In this document: positions 60,866 to 64,000 of the stretch, one piece after another
How positions within the stretch are numbered: the first letter of the stretch is position 1
Layout of the letters: each line of letters opens with the position of its first letter
From: a virus
Strand: one strand, 5' to 3'
Virus record (IMG/VR): IMGVR_UViG_3300027777_000034
Location: 8,394 to 72,393 of that record
Length of the DNA: 64,000 nucleotides
Translations under genes and position numbers: made by a program
The notes under the pieces: generated by a model
Told to the model about the DNA's origin: nothing
Seen by the model: the letters and a program-made list of their open reading frames with translations, nothing else
Database searches by the model: none

Positions 60866-61541
60866 TATATGCATTATTATACCAGTTGCTGGTCTTGGCA
60901 AAAGAATGAAGGCATATGGCCCCAAAGCATCAATACGCATAGATAAAGAAGAAACAGTATTAAGTAGACAAATTAAGATATTAAGAAATTTTTTTCCAAA
61001 ATCAAAGATAGTTGTAGTTTGCGGTTTTCAAAAAGAAAAAATATTTGAAATAATTGATAAAGATGTTATTTGTGTTGAAAATAAAAAATATAAAAATTCT
61101 AATGTTTGTCTTTCAATTAAGATAGCACTAGATAAATGTCATTCCAAAAAGATTTTAATAGTCAATGGCGATTTAGTTTTTACTAATGAAATATTTAATA
61201 CAATGCCAAAAAACACATCTTGGATTGCTATTGATACTAACATAAATCAAAGATCTTCTGAAGTTGGCGTTAACATAGTAGAAGGTCAAATAACTAATTT
61301 CTGCTATGGATTAAATCCTAAGTGGGGTCAAATAGTTTATTTAATAGGAAAAGAAACTGAGCTATTTAAAAAAATGATTGTTTTAGAAAGGTCTGAAAAA
61401 AAATTCTCTTTTGAAATATTAAATGATGTAATAGATATGGGCGGTATTATAAAACCACAAATAAACAAGAAGTGGAAGCTTGTTGAAATAGACACATCTA
61501 AAGATATAGCTAGAGCTAAAAAGCTTGTAAGGAAGGTTTAA
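60855..61541 (+). CDS. Sugar/phosphocholine nucleotidyltransferase (LicC-like)
   Basis: 'IPVAGLGKRM...PK', 'VNGDLVF', 'EIDT..D'. Confidence 0.8.
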   Translation: MTNDICIIIPVAGLGKRMKAYGPKASIRIDKEETVLSRQIKILRNFFPKSKIVVVCGFQKEKIFEIIDKDVICVENKKYKNSNVCLSIKIALDKCHSKKILIVNGDLVFTNEIFNTMPKNTSWIAIDTNINQRSSEVGVNIVEGQITNFCYGLNPKWGQIVYLIGKETELFKKMIVLERSEKKFSFEILNDVIDMGGIIKPQINKKWKLVEIDTSKDIARAKKLVRKV

Positions 61542-62420
61542 ATGAATGTTCTATGCGACATGGAATATCCATTAGATGAAAAAGAAATGTTTGGATGGGG
61601 CAAAGCATTTTCCTCAATAGATCATAATTTCTTTTTTTTAAACAGAAAAGAAAAAGCAATAATTGATGCTTTTGAAGAAAAAAAACCTTCTATATTTATA
61701 ACCCATGCAGCATTATTAAATAGAGCATCATGCAAAGCTATTATTAAAAATGAATATTGTAAAACATTTGTTTTTATTGATTCGGAAGAAGATAAAGAAA
61801 AACTTAAAGATAAATTAAATGTTTTTTATATTTCAAAAAATGAAAATTTAAATTGTATGTTTGTAGAAAAATCTTGTGATATTTATTTATCGCTAAAACC
61901 AAAAACAAATATAAATATGATATCTGACATATGTTACATAGGTGATTATGTAAAAGAATGCATTCTTTCAAAGTGTTTTTCTATGTTTAGAGTTAAATGT
62001 TGGGGAAATACAAAATGGCCTTTTACAACATACTTAGGAAAAATTAAACCAGATAAAATGAAAGATGCAATATGTTCTTCAACAACATCTTTATATTTAG
62101 ATGATTTAAATAATAAAAGCTGGCCACTATATACATACCTATGCAATAGACCGATACTTTCCTATAAAAGCGGATGGTTAAAAAGCATTTTAAAAGATAC
62201 ATCTTTATGTTTCTCAGACGAAGAATCTTTTTTTGAAAATCTTTTAAATATAATTAGAAATCCAGAAATCGCATATGAAAATGTAAAAATCAATTCGGAA
62301 TTTATAAAAAATAATCATTTGTCACATCATAGAGTTTCAGCTATACTAGATGCTATAGGACTTAAGGAGGATTCAATAAGATGTATAAATGTTGCGATGG
62401 ATCTGATAAAGAAGTACTAA
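61542..62420 (+). CDS. Divergent CgeB-like glycosyltransferase
   Basis: 'SDICYIG', C-terminal 'FIKNNHLSHHRV' resembles the CgeB-type terminus. Confidence 0.4.
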   Translation: MNVLCDMEYPLDEKEMFGWGKAFSSIDHNFFFLNRKEKAIIDAFEEKKPSIFITHAALLNRASCKAIIKNEYCKTFVFIDSEEDKEKLKDKLNVFYISKNENLNCMFVEKSCDIYLSLKPKTNINMISDICYIGDYVKECILSKCFSMFRVKCWGNTKWPFTTYLGKIKPDKMKDAICSSTTSLYLDDLNNKSWPLYTYLCNRPILSYKSGWLKSILKDTSLCFSDEESFFENLLNIIRNPEIAYENVKINSEFIKNNHLSHHRVSAILDAIGLKEDSIRCINVAMDLIKKY

Positions 62421-63069
62421 GCATTTTATTGGGGTATGGTCAATCTCCAGATGTTATTAAAAAATCTTTATGGTGGATATCTGAAGAATTAAATAATAAC
62501 GAATATAATGTAATAGTTATAGATGATGGACAATGTGGTGACATAGCAAAAGAAATGTCTAATTATGTTGCAAGAATATGTCCAAAAATAATAAATATAA
62601 ATAATTCAGCACTTTTAGAACATTATAAAATAGACTCTATAAAAAAAAGCAAAAAACTTGCTTATGCAATTTGTGAAAAGTTTTCTTCTAATAAAAGGGT
62701 TTATATAAGCCCAAGATCAATATGCTATGGACAATCATTTAAATCATTTTGTGATCAAATACAAGGTGATAAGGTTGTGCAAATGAGATCATATTTAGTG
62801 CCCTTATATGTTCAAGAGGCAATAAGTGATTACTCTTCAAATTTTTGTAAATTTTTAGCTGATGAATGCAAAAAATATCCAATATATAATGAAAACTATC
62901 CTGAGAAAAGCATAGATTATATAACACAATCAACAGTCAATTCATTAGATGGCAAAGAAATATTATTTTCAGAACACGAATGCTTCTATTTAGAATCAAA
63001 AGAACCTGATCCAAAAGAACACCTTGAAATAATAGATTTAGAATTAATAAATAAAATCTTGGAAAATTA

Positions 63070-63804
63070 ATGATAATATATAAAGTACCAAAACCAATTT
63101 CTATAATTGGAGATTGTTCAACAAAAAGCATGATTTTTTCATCGTGCAATTTTAGTTATTTAAGTAAATTTGGAAATGTTAAATCTTTTTTTATAGACAA
63201 AAAAACAAAAAATTTTTACAAAAGATGTTTTAAAAATTATAACACAGTAAAATCAAAATTATTAAATTTAATAGAGTCTGACGATTTCCCCTCTTGCTAC
63301 ACATCTATATTTGGAAAATTTAATTACATAAGTAAAACTACAACAATATGGAACAATATAGAAATAGATAGCTCTAGCGATTTTTTTAACAACATGTTAA
63401 TATTTCACATAAGAAGAAAATATTTTAAATACAATAAAATAAAACCAATAGAAAATTTTAATAATGAAATTATTAATAAAATGGTAGATGATGCTTATAA
63501 TGCATATGTAGATAATGATTTTAAATTCATGGGAAAATTAATAGATTCTTATTGGAGAATAAAAACTCAACTAGACCCAAATTCTGCAAATGAATTTATT
63601 TATAAAATTTATTCTGATTGTAGATTGGCTGGTGCTTGGGGTGGAAAAATGGATGAGAATACAATGATTATTTTAGCACCAAAAGAAAAACACGAAGAGA
63701 TATGTGTTATTATGAAAGATCATATAAGATTAAACTCTTCTGTTAATACAACAGGAATAGTAAGAGAGGAACTGTTTAGTGGAAATAGCAATTGCTGTAA
63801 ATAA
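63070..63804 (+). CDS. Degenerate GHMP kinase-like protein (HddA-like C-terminus)
   Basis: 'MGKLIDSYWRIKTQL...AGAWGGK'; Gly-rich motifs missing. Confidence 0.5.
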   Translation: MIIYKVPKPISIIGDCSTKSMIFSSCNFSYLSKFGNVKSFFIDKKTKNFYKRCFKNYNTVKSKLLNLIESDDFPSCYTSIFGKFNYISKTTTIWNNIEIDSSSDFFNNMLIFHIRRKYFKYNKIKPIENFNNEIINKMVDDAYNAYVDNDFKFMGKLIDSYWRIKTQLDPNSANEFIYKIYSDCRLAGAWGGKMDENTMIILAPKEKHEEICVIMKDHIRLNSSVNTTGIVREELFSGNSNCCK

Positions 63805-64000
63805 AATTAAAAGAGATCAGCTTCTTTTTGATATAAGAAATCAATGTTCAAAACACAACATTGTCGTATATTCAAACAAAGAGATGTTTCTTAATAAAAG
63901 CTTTGGCTTTAGTATACTTACATATTATCACATGTGGTATTCAAATGCTGATTATCATATAGCTACATGCCTATATTCTGCTAAAAACATGTTGTTAAAT

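Noticed and set aside
1-64000. Genome-wide stop-codon reassignment
   Set aside because: Long genes are intact under code 11, and TGA, TAG and TAA all end genes at tight junctions; only the TGA at 34282 has recoding context.

Overview
AT-rich, gene-dense segment of a large tailed dsDNA phage (jumbo-phage-like), almost all on the + strand, with a minus-strand block at about 17.5-22.9 kb. A Tat-signal DUF1501 gene suggests a Planctomycetota/PVC host (inference). Layout: (1) 1-14 kb, small hypothetical genes plus a C5-cytosine methyltransferase coupled to a CmoA-like gene, an isolated tail-tube-like gene, csrA and DUF1501; (2) 14-29 kb, glycosyltransferases, methyltransferases, 2OG-Fe(II) oxygenases, two HNH genes and peptide deformylase; (3) 29-38 kb, thyX, a secreted-protein/papain-protease cassette and a class II ribonucleotide reductase; (4) 41-54 kb, replication genes (intein-containing RecA, DnaB, primase, dNMP kinase, Cas4-like nuclease, a DnaE split into two genes around a DnaQ-like exonuclease, SSB); (5) 54-64 kb, a second glycosylation cluster with phoH. 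Strongest leads: an unannotated small ORF ending C-x-x-TGA with a SECIS-like GGUC hairpin at fdhF spacing (candidate phage selenoprotein); the methyltransferase + CmoA-like pair (candidate non-methyl cytosine modification); the intein-free split DnaE; a Glu-initiated class 3 intein; and several structured non-coding elements. All calls come from reading motifs by eye; no searches or folding programs were run.
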